A stretch of DNA of 62,890 bases, the filler included. It is 9 parts of 9 records of this genome, joined end to end, with 100 filler letters (N's around TTAATTAATTAA, not from the genome) between each part and the next. Parts side by side here need not be neighbours in the genome. Positions count along the whole stretch, not along the records: positions 1 to 7,661 come from SRR15195285_503; positions 7,762 to 15,288 come from SRR15195285_505; 7 more parts are not named here. The stretch is one strand, 5' to 3'. This document shows, in pieces, positions 1 to 13,700 of the stretch (its first letter is position 1; each line of letters starts with the position of its first letter). A program made the position numbers and the translations under genes. The notes beneath the pieces were generated by a model that saw only the letters and a list, made by a program, of their open reading frames with translations, did no database searches and had not been told where the DNA came from.

Positions 1-65
1 TTGCTGCAGCGCAAAGTGTGGCATTTTCACCCCACGTACCATTTTCTCAACGAAAGCGTCATAGC

Positions 66-3000
66 TCAAAGCTCGCCAAGCACATCAGACTTGACCAATT
101 CGCCAATAGTCGCGATATCGTCTTGGTGATTGACATGCGGCTCTGGGTCCGGCTCCGGCTCTGGCTCTGGCACGAGCGCTTCACCATTGAGAATGGCGAT
201 CAGCTCATCTTTCATTGCTTCGGTGGCAGTTTCGGTCGTCAGCGAATAGTCGCGTAATTTGTCATCCTTGGCAGTGTGCACCCGCTTCAAAAACTTCATG
301 ATCTCCGCTTTGGAGGCTCTGCCGTCACCATCGAGATCCATCTTTTGCATGAACATATCGATATCGTCGCCTTCCGGCTCATAATCATCACCAAACAGAT
401 CACCGATGTACTCGCGTAGTTCGTTCTTGTCTAACGATTTGCTGCCATCCTTGTCATACGTGTCTAGTATCGTCCCTACGACGGATTGCAGCTCCCTCCG
501 CAAACGTAGCACCTTCGACCGTTTCTCCTGTTTCTGTACCAAGCTCCTTCGGACATCCTCATCATCTTGGTCTATCTGCTTCTGAAGCTTTTGTGCCTCT
601 GAGAAGTTTCTCTCCTGCATCGCGACTAACATCTCTGCATCTGCTTCGGTGCGTTCAGCATAGTTCTTCTCGAGCTGCCTACGTTGCCGTTCACACTTGA
701 GATGCAGCATCTCGCTCTTTCTGCCGACATCCGCGTTTATGTGCTGCATCTCTTCCTCTTCCTTGCGCAACGTCCGGTGCATGTTCCGGACCAAGCGCCG
801 CTCAGTCTCCTCTTTTGTTGCCGGCTGGTGCGTCTGCCATGCCACTTGCAGTCGCTTCATTGCTGGATCCTTCATTTTGACGGTTCGCGCAAGTTCCCTG
901 ACCTTGTCGATAGTTTCAATCGCGTATATCTCCGCCATGGAAATAAAGCCTTGTTTACTCAGCTCATCGAAATACACTTCGAGTTGAAGATTTTCATCTC
1001 CCAGCGCTTGGCGGAATGTCGACCTTACAGACAGCGAACGAGACAGCCTTGCATCGTCGTGCGAATCGGCTGCGGCAGGAGAAGAGGGATTTGTAGCCCC
1101 GTTGCTGGCATGCCAAAGAAGTGAGGCCTTGTCGTCTTGAATCACTGATTTTTCCGTGATATACTCGTCATCTACCAAAAACTCGAGAGCAAGCTCGTAG
1201 CACTCTAGAGATAATTTCTCAGCATCTGTCTTGCAGTCAGCTAATGCCTTGAACAGCTGTTGCTGCTTCTTGTTGTAGCCAGTGAACGTCTTGGGCAACA
1301 GCTCTTGCTCGAGCGACAGCTTTTGCTCCTTGAATTCCTCGTGCACAGTGAAGAAATCCTTGGCGCAGTCACGGAATGTCGTGCGGCGAACCTCATCAGC
1401 AATAGGGACAGTTTGCTTGCTGGCCATCATTTTGGTCAGTCCTGGATTGAATTTCTTGTAGAATTTCTGCAACAGTTCGTGCGCATACCTCAGCTCTCCG
1501 AAATTTTCGCTTGCGGCCTCGACCCACGCTTTTTCTGCGTCATCTTTAGATGAAATGCTAGGGTCACCCTTCCGGAATTTTTTATACTGCGGATAGAAAC
1601 TTTTACACGTGTTGATCATAGCCCATGATACAAGAACTTGATGCTCTTTCGAGTTAACTTCTGTCTGATCTTTCACTTCGTCAAACACACACAGAATCGA
1701 CTGCTTGACATCTACCTCTGTGTGCACATCCATGCATGTTCTGTCGAACATCCCGCGATTGACAGAACACTCATGGATGCGGCACGCCATGCGAACTTCG
1801 CGTGCAGCAGTCGTCAACTCAGTTGGGAATGCGGCGCTGAGTGGTAAATGATCGTTGCTCAGTGTCGTCGTGATCTCTTTCTTATGCAGTCTCCACAATA
1901 TCAGTTTTGCACCATGCACCAAGACGTCTGACTGTGTGCACCAAGAGCTACTCGGCTTTGGCGCTGGCAACGTCCGGGCTTGAGTCACTGCCCATTTGAC
2001 CTTGATGCGCCATGAATCTCGGTCGTCCGTTTGTTCCACTTTTTCATCAAACTGATCGTACATGTATGACAGCTTACGCACGGCGTTCTCCCAGTTAGCA
2101 CTGTAATCTTTCCAGGTCTTTTTGTTAGGTTTTGCCCTGCCTGTTCTAGCGGTAGTCTGTGGTTCTGACTCGAATTCTGGTGCTTCTTCCGGCTCAGACT
2201 GTGTCTGGGGCTCCGCTTCTGGTGGATCTGTACTTCTAAGCATTTCCAAAATAGGTTTGCCTAGGTGTGAGAACATCTTTTTGGTGAAAATTCCCATGCC
2301 ACAGTCGACGTAGTCATCCGGCTTTCCCGTTGCCCAGTTCTTCCCTAGTACATACGTTCCGTTGAATAATCCAACATCTTCACCCTTTCTACCGTACACA
2401 TCAGACACAAAACCGTTCGGACTCGTGCAGCTGACACTGTCTGGGTGCATATGCCATGAGTCTGGGTAGTCCAACGCAGGTGATTTGTTGTCTGTCCAGC
2501 TCCAAATGCCGTGTCGATCCTTGCTTGCTGCTTTGTGAACTCTTTGCACCCGGTCCCACGTCTTCTGGCTGTCATCAGACAGCAAGTACTTCTGCCTGTC
2601 TACGGTCAACAATCCTCTGATCCGCAGTTCGGCGTCGGCGGCGTCGGCCGGCGGTGGTGGTGGGTCATGCAGCATTGCTAGTGCCATTGAGTCTTTTAGG
2701 TCACTGATGGCGGTCTGTTGAGCGGAGGAGGAAGACAGGTGTTGTGCAAGGCGCTTCAAGTCTCTGTCAACACTTTCCATGTCGCCACCGCTGCCGGTGT
2801 ACGTTTCGACCAGATCTTCAAGAGTTTTCTCTTCACTTGAACTCTGAGCAGCTGCGGATTCCTTGGTAGATCGGTTGACACAGTCTTCGATTTCAAAAGG
2901 GTACCGCAGATGTTTGAATTCACACATCGCGCACTGTGTGGCGGGTTTTAGCCATGGTTGATCATCTAGGGTCACAACGAACACCTTCAGGCTTTCCGTC

Positions 3001-6000
3001 GTTTTCATGAGGAGAGCATACTCGTGTTCCAAGAGCACTGCGCCATAATGTCCACAGCCGCTCCAGTTAGCAAAGCTATACGGCAGCTTAAGCAGGCGAC
3101 GTGCATTGAACAGCTCCAAGGTCGCGCTCACCGCTGTCTGGAACGTGCCATTTCAAAGATCTTGCTTGGCGCATGTGACGCAGCACCTGATGGTTTGGCA
3201 TGAAAAGTGATTCAGCCATCAGTATAGTGTAAACATCTCGCGAGAGTAGTGTGCACTGCTGCCAATGAAATTGTTTACAGACTCAAGTTTCTGACTGTAC
3301 GCACCTCGTGTGATAGCAACAGCACAGCAACTTTAGCAGTGCTCACTGCACGGATAAAGTGTTCTGATGGATCACCATCTTCCGGCAAGCACTCATTGTC
3401 CCAGAACACCTTGAGGCGATCCTTCTCCTTTGTAGTGTCTGTCACTGGACAGATTTTGTGATCATCGTCCAAGTAGTGTGTATTGAGCCACTTGAACAAC
3501 GACCTAGCAACAGGCTTGTGCTCTGGCAGCCACCGGTAGCTGATGAAGATATCATAGCTTGTCAGATCTCCTGACTCAGGTCCATTGTACCCAGGATAGT
3601 TGCACTCGATTGGAAGCATGGTGATCCACTCTGGCGAGTGTTGTCCAACGATATACGTAGACATCACCAGAGCATCTTTGTGTTGTTTCAACAAGTTTTG
3701 GAACGCCCCTGTCCACTCTTGTAGTTGCCAGCTCCAACATCCATTGTCAACCAACAGCGTTGCTACCTCGTTCATTTGTTGCTTACTGTCTCGCAAATCC
3801 TTCTTCTTCGCCAATCTTGTGCGGAGCTTTTTACCTTCAAGCTTCGGCAGATTCAGGAGGATGTTCTGGGATCCCCTCAACAATACAGTCTCGTCAGTGA
3901 AAATTTCCACTTGTTGATTTTCGCTGTTGTCCGCGACATACTGCTGGATCAGTGCGAACGCATCGCTCTCTGTGAGACTGCGTGGTTTTTGTGGCTTGCA
4001 AAGTGAGCAGTGAGACATGGTCCAGCGAAGCCATTTCTGGACATGGTCGACAATGAAATCTTCTCCGAAAACGAGTTCAGCGTCGGCAATGCGCTCTTTC
4101 AGCTGTTCTGCACTGGGCTGCTCCTGCTCGGACCAGCAGTGCGCAAGGATTCTTGGTAGAATCTGATCTCGACGAGACCATTTTCTCCCTGCGCAAATTG
4201 AACCCCAATGCTGTCCACCTTTCGTGAATGTACCATATAGACCGTGTCCACCGTGTTCCTCACCAGACACGAAAGCTAAATTATCTGGATATCTGCATAT
4301 CATCGCCACTGCAGCATTGGTCGCGGACTGATCTAGAGCAAACATCTGACCAGTTGCACTCCAGCCTACTGCCGCAGCTACCACCCAATCCGCCAAGTTG
4401 AGATCGTCATCTTCGTCGTACTCAGTCACGTACACAATTGCCCAAGGAAGTGCCGTACAGAGAAAGGCGCTAAAACACCGGGTATACAAGAACGTCCACT
4501 CGATGTGTTCACAGCACTGAAACAATAGCCGCGATATTCGGTACAACGATTGTTCGACAGCTGACCCGTCTTCGCGTTGGCAATGAAGAGTCGTGAGTGC
4601 TACTTCTGTGCTGCACGCAAGGTCGGCCAAATGGAACATGTCAAATGCAGTTCTCGGCACAGTTGATGGGCATTTTCTACAACAGCAGCGGCACACCAAA
4701 AGTCGCACCAATGAATACACCCCAGTCGGGATGGCAGACATGCCTGCAAGCCGCCAAAATGTGTACAGAGAATACCACTGAGGAGGTGGACGAACGTCTT
4801 CTGCCAAGGTGCATTTCCCCCTGCAGTTTTGGGCTGGAATCGCACAGTTCCACCAATGCACGACCTTGCGTACGCTAGCGTACATTAACAGCCTAGTGAG
4901 CAGGTTTACAAGCCACAAATACAAGCCTAGAAATAGCAGTGAAACCACAGGCTTCTGCACCCCCGACACAAACGACGTTGCGATGGTTGTAGCCACAGCG
5001 AAAGCTACGGAACCCACGGCACATGTAAAACTGACCAGGCACACGTAAAGCCGCCTCTTGCTAGTCAGTGCCCCACTGGAAGCAGCAATCGTTCGGTATC
5101 GATGACAACCTACCTCAGCGGACGTGACCCAATCATAAAGTGCATGTGTAGCAAGCCACTGCGCATGCTGCTGCAGCTGCAACTGCCACTGCCGATCACC
5201 GGATGTTTTGAAATGGTGTTCTGCATACCACATTTCATGGTCTCCTACATCCCGAATGGGAACTTTAGGCCAATCCGTGCTGTCGCACCAGAATACCCTC
5301 CCTCCACGGCATTTACGACAACGTGTTCCACAACACCAACACGCAGGAAAAACACTATGTCCCTTCTTCATGCCGGTGATGCAATCATCATCCAATTTAC
5401 GCTTCATCGAGACCAATACTGCGGCAGATATTACCCAAGTAGCCCATACCAAAGCAAGTAGCGTCAGCCGAATCCGCCCGTACGGCCGGCTGACGAGCCT
5501 GGTCTCAGCACTACCCGTTGGCGGCGGGGTCTCACTAATATCATATCTCGGTGATTCTTCCTTCCTCTCACCGTACAAACCAATGTTAGCAGACGCAACA
5601 ACCTCGCCGCCGCCACAATCACAGCACGTCTCCGTGGCGTACAGCTGTGCCTGGGTGAGCCTGTCAAGCGCAGGAAGATTCCGATCGCGATCATCCAATG
5701 CCTCGTACACATCCCACTTATCATCACTACAGCAGTTGCCACAGTCAGTGCAGTCCTTGCCCGGACACCCTTCCCAAAAACCCTGTTGTCCGGTGGCTTC
5801 TATAGTGTACGGGTACCTCTCATCGTCGTCGCAGACCCCATTGCCAGTCCACTTGCGAGGGTAGGATCCAAAGCCGAGCAAATCGCATGCATCTACACCA
5901 CACTGGTCCCTCATAACCAACGAGGGTTCAATATTCCCTAGCTTACACCTCTCTGATTCACAGCTAGACTGTCGCTCGTCGCTGTCTTTGCATTCGACCA

Positions 6001-7660
6001 TCGGACGATACGATTCTCCAGTCTCTCGGAAGTAATCTGAGATATTCGAGATGATCCCATCTCGCGCAGCAGCTGTACACGCCTCATCACTGCCGCAGCA
6101 CGTACAGCACTCGCCCCGGGCGCCGCAGCGCCTCATGAGGTCATGGCCATTGCAAGCATACTCGGCGGAACGCGGAGAAATGCTTCCGCAGTCAAAGTCA
6201 AAGCTGCCCGACTTGCATTCTCGATTGCAGTCGATTCCATCTGTACGGTCTGGGCACAGTGATGGCTCGTCACACACCCCATCGTCTGCGTATATGCAGG
6301 TGTTGCTGTTTGGGCAGCACACAGAGTCATTTACAATCGCTTCGGTGTACATGCGATGGTAAGTAGTGAGCGGCTCCGAATAGAGCCTTGCACCGCATGG
6401 GTTGATCGGTCGGTCTTCCAAGCCAACGGTAGACGCACAGGTGTCGTTTCCGCCACCGAGGCCAGCGGAAGGTTCCTCTTCATAGCCGAAACATCCATCG
6501 CAACTGGATGTAATACACCTGCCGCCTAGTCTCAGGGCTGTGTCCGGGCAGAAAATAGCCTGTGTAGCACAAGAGGACGGCTGAACCGACTGGCACGTGT
6601 CTTGTATCACTGTGCCCCCCAGAACCGGCATCATCTCATAACCTCCACATTGATCGCAAGACAGCAGACAGGTCCCTGCCCACGACGTGGCATTCGACGG
6701 GCAAAACACTGCCGGATGCACACAGCTCGCGGCTTCTGTCTTCAGGCATTCATCATTCTTTTCTCCAATTCCACGTGACGGCTCGATCACGTACCCGACG
6801 CAGATGTCGCAGTGACCGCCGCCTGGACAATTTGGACAGTCTGCAGCCGCCACACAGTCCCGGCTGGCTGGGCAGAAGATTTCACTTGCCGCGCACGACG
6901 CAGCTTCTCTAGGTTTGCACAAATCGTCTTTGCTGGCCTGGTCGATGCTAAGATCGTACCCAGGACACTGGCGGCTACAGTCGTACACGCAGCTGCCATC
7001 GATGTTGAGCAACGAACCCCATGGTGGCCATCGGACTTCGCGTCTGACAGGGCAAAAGGCCTGCTCGGCGTCGCAACTCTGCGGACTCTGTCTTGGGATC
7101 AGCTCCTTGCCAACTATCGAAACCACGATCCACGCCACAGCCGAAACAAATAGCACTAGACACACAGAGCAAACCCAATTCTGAAATGCAGATCTGCAGC
7201 GTAGACCCTGGTGCCCAACGCCTCCACCAGCTGTTGACTGCACATCAGCCTCGTGTATCGGCTGTGTCTGACCTCGCGCACCAGCTCTCGGGCTGGACGC
7301 GTCGACTGCATCCATGTGCCCAGACCCTGCTGGACCACGGCCTATGGGGAAGATCCGAGACGATTTTTGCGTAATCGACCGCTTGGGTAGCAAGGCGTCG
7401 GGTTGGATGGCGTAACGAGACTCTCCGCGAGTTGTCCGCTGCTTTGAGGGGCGCGGCTCTGGCAGTGGCACCGGTTCCGGTTCCGGCTGCACCTCATCGA
7501 AAGCTCTCATCAGCGCCAAGCTGCCAGATTGTCCGTGCTGCGCGCTCAGCGGGTCTGGCTGATGCTGGTGTGGCACCTGCCCAGGCGTCGAGTCCGGCTC
7601 CGGCGCCGGCTCCGACTCCTGTGCTTCGACATCGAGATCATCGAACACAACGCCGGCCAT
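66..7660 (-). CDS. Multipass membrane receptor-like protein (~2475 aa): Cys-rich ectodomain, several TM helices, TIR, SAM, coiled coil, EF-hand pair; exons 7660-3305 and 3137-66
   Basis: ORFs 3275-7660 and 66-3131 join in frame through a phase-0 intron 3304-3138 (CACGAG|GTGCGT...TTCCAG|ACAGCG). This gives a complete TIR: YDIFISYR..KVFWDNECL..VAVLLLSHE|TAVSA..GAVLLEHEYAL. SAM-like LEVYFDELSKQGF..MKRLQVAW at ~830-1015. EF loops DKDGSKSLDKNE and DLDGDGRASKAE at ~290-470. The ATG lies at the contig edge, so the 5' end may be incomplete. Confidence 0.82.
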
Positions 7661-7661
7661 C

Positions 7662-7761
7662 NNNNNNNNNNNNNNNNNNNNNNNNNNNNNNNNNNNNNNN
7701 NNNNNTTAATTAATTAANNNNNNNNNNNNNNNNNNNNNNNNNNNNNNNNNNNNNNNNNNNN
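7662..7761. other. Artificial contig linker
   Basis: 44 N + TTAATTAATTAA (stops in all six frames) + 44 N. Confidence 0.98.
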
Positions 7762-10700
7762 GATCGTACTCCTGTCAGTGCATGCCGGGGTGGTCTGGAG
7801 AAAACTGCGAAGTGGACGTGAACGAATGTGAGATCGACAATGGCGGCTGCCATCCAGAGAGGGAGTGCATCAACATCGACGGTAGCAGCACTTGTGCTGA
7901 CACCTGCACAGCAGGATTTGTGCCAGTTGGCAACACGGACTGCCGAGACGTAGACGAATGTACTACCCCGAGTTTTCGGGTCAGCTATCCTGATTTCGTT
8001 GACATCAATGGCAACACTTGCGAATCGTTCTCTGAAGTATTCCAAGAAGGCTCGGTATTGTGCTCCATGGGCGGTCAGCTACCTATGCAAGGCGATCCCA
8101 GTAGGACGGCCCTAACAGACTGCGCTGTTTGCGGTGGCGGCCACAGACCATGCAGTGGGCAAGGAGACAACGTACACGACAGCACATGCGTAAACAGTGT
8201 CGGGAGCTACACCTGTGGCAGCTGCGGTGCTGGGTTCACAGGCGACGGTGACCACGGATGCCACGATATGTAAGTGACGACCTACGGTTGGGTTGCACTC
8301 TTGGCAACGCCTATGTTGCCGTTGGTGCTGCCGTCGTGTGCTGACTAATTCGACGAATTGGCGCAGTGATGAGTGCGCAGAAACGGACCCATGCCCAGAA
8401 CACACCACATGTACGAACGTTCCCGGGGATTACTACTGCAGTGCATGCGCTTTTGGGTATGAAAGCGACGGACCAGTGACCGGGGTGTTGGATGGATATC
8501 ACTTTGACGGCGCGCAATGTGTGAATCCTGATGACTGTCGCTTGACACCGTACGCAACACTCCCTGACGTGAATTTTGTACTTCGTACCTTACGAAGGCA
8601 CCGTCTGGGTTACAGTTCAGAAGCACTGCTGTCCCTAGCCTCGCCGGCTAACACGCGCTGCGATTGCGAAATGCAGGTGCTTCCACCAGGGTGAATGCAC
8701 AGACCTCGTTGGTGGCGTCTCGTGTACTTGCGTCGAAGGCTTCGTTGGTCCACGATGCGAAGTGAACGCGGATGACTGCGTCATGGATAGTGACGGCACT
8801 GATCCGTGTACATCCCAAGATGCCAATGCGATCTGCTACGACGGTGTCAACTCGTTTCAGTGTGACTGCAGCAACGGCTATTCGGGGGATACCTGTACAG
8901 ATGTTGTTGACCCTTGTACAACCAACGAGAACGAATGTTCTGAGCACGCGCGATGCGAACATATTGGCGATAGGCAGATTGCGTGTATATGCCACATCGG
9001 ATACAGTGGAAACGGCTTCGGGGATAACTGCACGGATGTCGATGAGTGCTTAAGCGAGCCATGTCAGAACGGTGGCACGTGTGTCGATAGGCTGAACGCC
9101 TACCAGTGCAACTGTGCACCAGGTTGGAAATCGGAGATGTGCGAAGAAGACATCAACGAGTGCGAAAGCAGTCCATGTGCGAACGACGGCGACTGCCTGA
9201 ACCCCGTAGACACCCCGGATACGTGGCTGTGCGCCTGTCGTGCTGGTTTTATGGATGATACTAGCCCTGGTGTCGATATCGGCTGTAGCATCGACATCGA
9301 CGAGTGCTCTTCGTCCCCTTGCGAAGGGGCAAATGCGACGGTAGTTCATCAGTGCGTAGAAGGCGACGACAGCTACTCTTGTCTGTGTGCTCCAGGGTGG
9401 GCAGGCGAGAACTGCGAAGAAGACTTTGACGAGTGTGCATCAGGTCCGTGCTTCAACCGTGCTCAGTGCAATCAGGACATAGGCGTTGATGCTTTCAGCT
9501 GCACGTGCGCTGATGGTTGGCAAGGCGAGCTGTGTGAACGTGACATTGACGAGTGTCACACTCGCACCAGGTCGTTTCAAAACGGTGTGTATACCGAGGA
9601 CACACTGGACCACGGTGGCTGTGACGAGCTCGTGGTCTGCATCAATTTGCCAGGCACATGGCAATGTGGCAGCTGCCCGATTCGCAACGAGACCAAAGTT
9701 CGCACCGTACCAAGTGGATTCATCGACCACTACTCGCTTCGGACTGAGTTTAGCCTTCGGTCGGAAGCGTCCCCTTGGGATGCTGCGCAAGAATTCTGCG
9801 GAAGATTTGGCCGGCAGCTCGTGTCCATTGTGACCGCTGAGGACAAGGTTGAGCTTCTCGGTCTGATCGATGGCCTCAGCGGGCGTGCATGGACTGGATT
9901 GCGCCGTGTACCGGGCAGCGATGGCTCAGCATGTGGCCAGAATATCAGCGCATCGAGTGCTTGCTGGTACTGGACAGATCCAGCTGCGACAGCTAACGCA
10001 CTACCGAACGGCGTTGCTTTTCAAGAAGTTGGATTGGGCGACTGCGTCTCCATTACAAGCACAGGCATACTGTTGGCAGAAGACTGCGAAGCGTCCGTAC
10101 CGGCGTACGTGTGCGGGGCTCACCCTGGACCCGCACCACGTGGCGGCTTCAATACGTGTGTTGATATCGACGAGTGTGGCATAGACAACGGCGGCTGCGA
10201 CAATCTGGCCTTGTGCACAAACGACTGGGGCAGCTATAGCTGTGGTCTCTGCCCCAGCATGTACACCAACGAAATTCCGGCTCTCGCAACAGCCCTAGAC
10301 TACATACCGTACACTGGGGACGGAAATGTAGGTTGTGTCGACGTCAATGAATGTGCTGCCAGTCGAGGCGCGTGCGATGGCAACGTTCCGTGCACGAACA
10401 CCAACGGTTCATTCTACTGTGGAACTTGCCCTCTAAGCGACATTTATGACGACGAAAACGCACCCGCTGGGACTGTTGATCGTTTCACTCCGTTCGTCGG
10501 GAACGGGACCATCGAATGCGTTGACGTCGATGAATGTCGCTACGACAACGGCGGCTGTGACATGTTGACAACATGCACCAATTCATTTGGGTCGTTTCAG
10601 TGCGGTGAATGCCCGACAGAGTATCCTGGACCGATTCCTGCGCACCATTTTTCCTTGCCATACACGGGCGATGGAACGACAGGATGTGTCGACGTCGACG

Positions 10701-13700
10701 AGTGTAACCTTGGTGCACCTCACAGGCGAAATGGTGGATGCCATGAGCTGACCACATGCATTAACCTGGAAGGTTCATTTACATGCAGTCCGTGTCCTGA
10801 CGGGTACACTGGCAACGGCATTACAGGCTGTGTGGATATAAACGAGTGCCATCTTGACGACCAGTTTGGGTCTTTGATGAAGTTCTACGAGCGATCGTTC
10901 AGCACGCTTGCTGACGCGACGATGCGTCTCAACACTCTGACTGGTGACCACGTTGCTTCCGAAGTCTGCAGCAGTGCGCGACAAGCCGCTCTGACTGACT
11001 TGTTGCCAGACCAAGAATACGAAGGTGCCTGTGACGACATGTCGGTGTGCTTCAATCGCCCGGGCACGTTCGAATGTGGCCAGTGCCCTGACGGATATAC
11101 TGGAAATGCCTACGAGCATACTGTCTATCCTAGCGGCACTTTTGTAGTGGGCAGTGGGTGTGCAGACATTGACGAGTGCGCGAGCAGCCCATGCAAGAAT
11201 GGGGCCGCATGTACTGACTCGGGAATAGCTGCCCGTGCTGGCACGCGCATCACCCGACCCGGTGACGATACCATCGCAGCCGATAGGTACCGTTGCACTT
11301 GCACTTCTGGGTATGCAAACGGCGAGTGTGGTTATTCTTTCATCGACGAATACGCCGACAGGTGTGACATATTTGACAGTCGCGCCAACCCTGACTACGG
11401 TGGCAATTGTGACATTGATGTCAATGAGTGCGATAGCAGCCCGTGCGACAATCAGGGCACCTGCACCGACTCAAGCAATGGCCTCGACAGTGGGATCCCA
11501 ACGAATGCATATACCTGCACCTGCGAGCCCGGATTTTCCAATGGCAAGTGCGACTACGAGTTCATCGATGAGGTGCGAGGCCAGTGCAGTCATGCCCTCG
11601 GTGGCAGCTGTGGCGTTGATGTAGACGAGTGTATTAGCCAGCCGTGCCGGAACGCCGCCGTGTGTGATGATTCGGCCTCAGATGGCGAAGTTTCGCCCGA
11701 TGCCTTCCGTTGCTCTTGCCAAGAAGGATTTGCAAACGGAATGTGTGTTCAACATGGTAGGTCTTGGAATTCCCTAAGTGAGTACAACGACAGGTGCAAC
11801 GTCCCCGAGGGTGGTACTTGCGACCAAGATATCATTGAGTGTGAAAGCAACCCTTGTCAAAACGAGGCTTCGTGCACCGAGTCTAGCACAGATTCCCAGA
11901 TGATTCGAGTCAATCCCAGACCACTGCTGTCGATCGACGGTAACGACAAGCGCATCTTCCGCACTGAAGACGTCGGGTTGCACCTAGCAACCGCGGGAGA
12001 AGAAGCCACGTTTTCCGTGAAGGCAGCATCTGCAGACGGGTCGGAAGTATCGGTCGACACAAGCGCACTGCATGTCACCCTGTCGCACCGTGAACGCGCC
12101 GGTGTCGTCGTTTCAGGAGCTTTGGCCCCGGTGCCTGGCGAGCTGAAACAGCAGGCTTCTTACGTCGCCATAACATCAGGACAGTACGACCTCTTGATCG
12201 CCAGGCGTGGTGTCATCAAGTACTCAGGTTCCGTCAACGTTGTGGCTGGGGCCATTTCAGCTGATGAGACAACCGCAAGCGGATCAGGATGGATAAGTGC
12301 AAATTCGGGCGTACCGGCCGAGTTCATCATCACGGCACGGGACGCGTACGGCAACAAACGAACGGACAGCATACGGGCCTTCACATATAGGGATGCACGT
12401 TACACCATGGCATGCATTGAGGTAGGTAACTGCGGCACTGTAGACGACTTGATTGGCACGGAACTCTCAAGGCTGCAGATCCAAGACTTCGATTGGACGT
12501 TCCGCGTTGATATTGTCACTTGCGGGACATCATGCAGTGCAGACGAATGTGCTGGGGGTGAAACTGTATCGAGTACAGTGTCGTGGAACGCGGGCTCTTC
12601 GGGCTATCCAGTTGAATACACTGCCACCACAGCAAACCAGTATTATCACATCGCAGTCTACTTGGAGAAGTGGGACTCCAACCACGAGTCCAAGATCGAA
12701 GAGACCCCGATCGGCAGCCCCAGCACCTGCATTTTCGCATCTGTCTCGGGGACTTCGCAACCTTACACATTCACAGACACCGAGCAGGAGTTTACCGCAG
12801 GTGGGGCGGAAATATTCCTTATTCAGGGGAATGGACAACCGGCCGCCACCTCGTTTGGGGTCACGTTTATCAATACGGAGACTCAACAGACATTATTGAC
12901 TACCATCGTCCCCGACAACGCTGGGAACTTCGTGGTGCCTGTGAACCCTGAGCAGGCAGGCGTGTATACTGTTTACGCTGTCTCGTCAACCGGCGTGTCT
13001 GTAGACGGATCTGGAGCGACTGTCATTACAGTTGCACCAGGATCCTTCAGTGCTGCAACCTCTGAGATCACTGGAGCTGGTGCAAGTTCTGCAGCTGTCG
13101 GGGAACTCAGCACTTTCATCATCATCGGGCGTGATCCTTACGGCAACCAAGTGCGTTCGGGTGGGCCTGAACTCACCGTGAGTGCCGTGGGCGCAAATGT
13201 GACCGGCGCTGACCCAGGTAGCCTGCCGTCGGTGACTAACAACGGTGATGGGTCGTATACCGGCAGCTACGTGGTGCGTACGGCCATCAGCATTGAGCCG
13301 TACGACAACTTCTGGGTTCGCGATGATAACATTTTGACACACGTCCGTCCGGACGATCCGTTTCAGCTGCTGATTCAGGAGGTGGACACGCTCGAGCACA
13401 TCGGTGTGGACCCAGCTCGTAGCCCATTGACTGTCTATCCGGCCGCCGTGCCTGACTACCAGTACACGTGCAGCTGCGTGGATGGCTTTGCAAACGGTAT
13501 GTGCTACTACAATTTCATTGGAGAGTACGAATCGGAGTGTAGCGTGACAGCAAACGGCAACTGCAACATCGACGTAGACGAGTGCGCTAGCAACCCCTGT
13601 GAGGAACCGGGCACTCTTCAGTGCCTCGACTACGTGAGTAAGTGGGCTTGCCAGTGTCAGCCAGGTTGGAAGTCCACCAGTACTGATGATTCGCAGCCAG

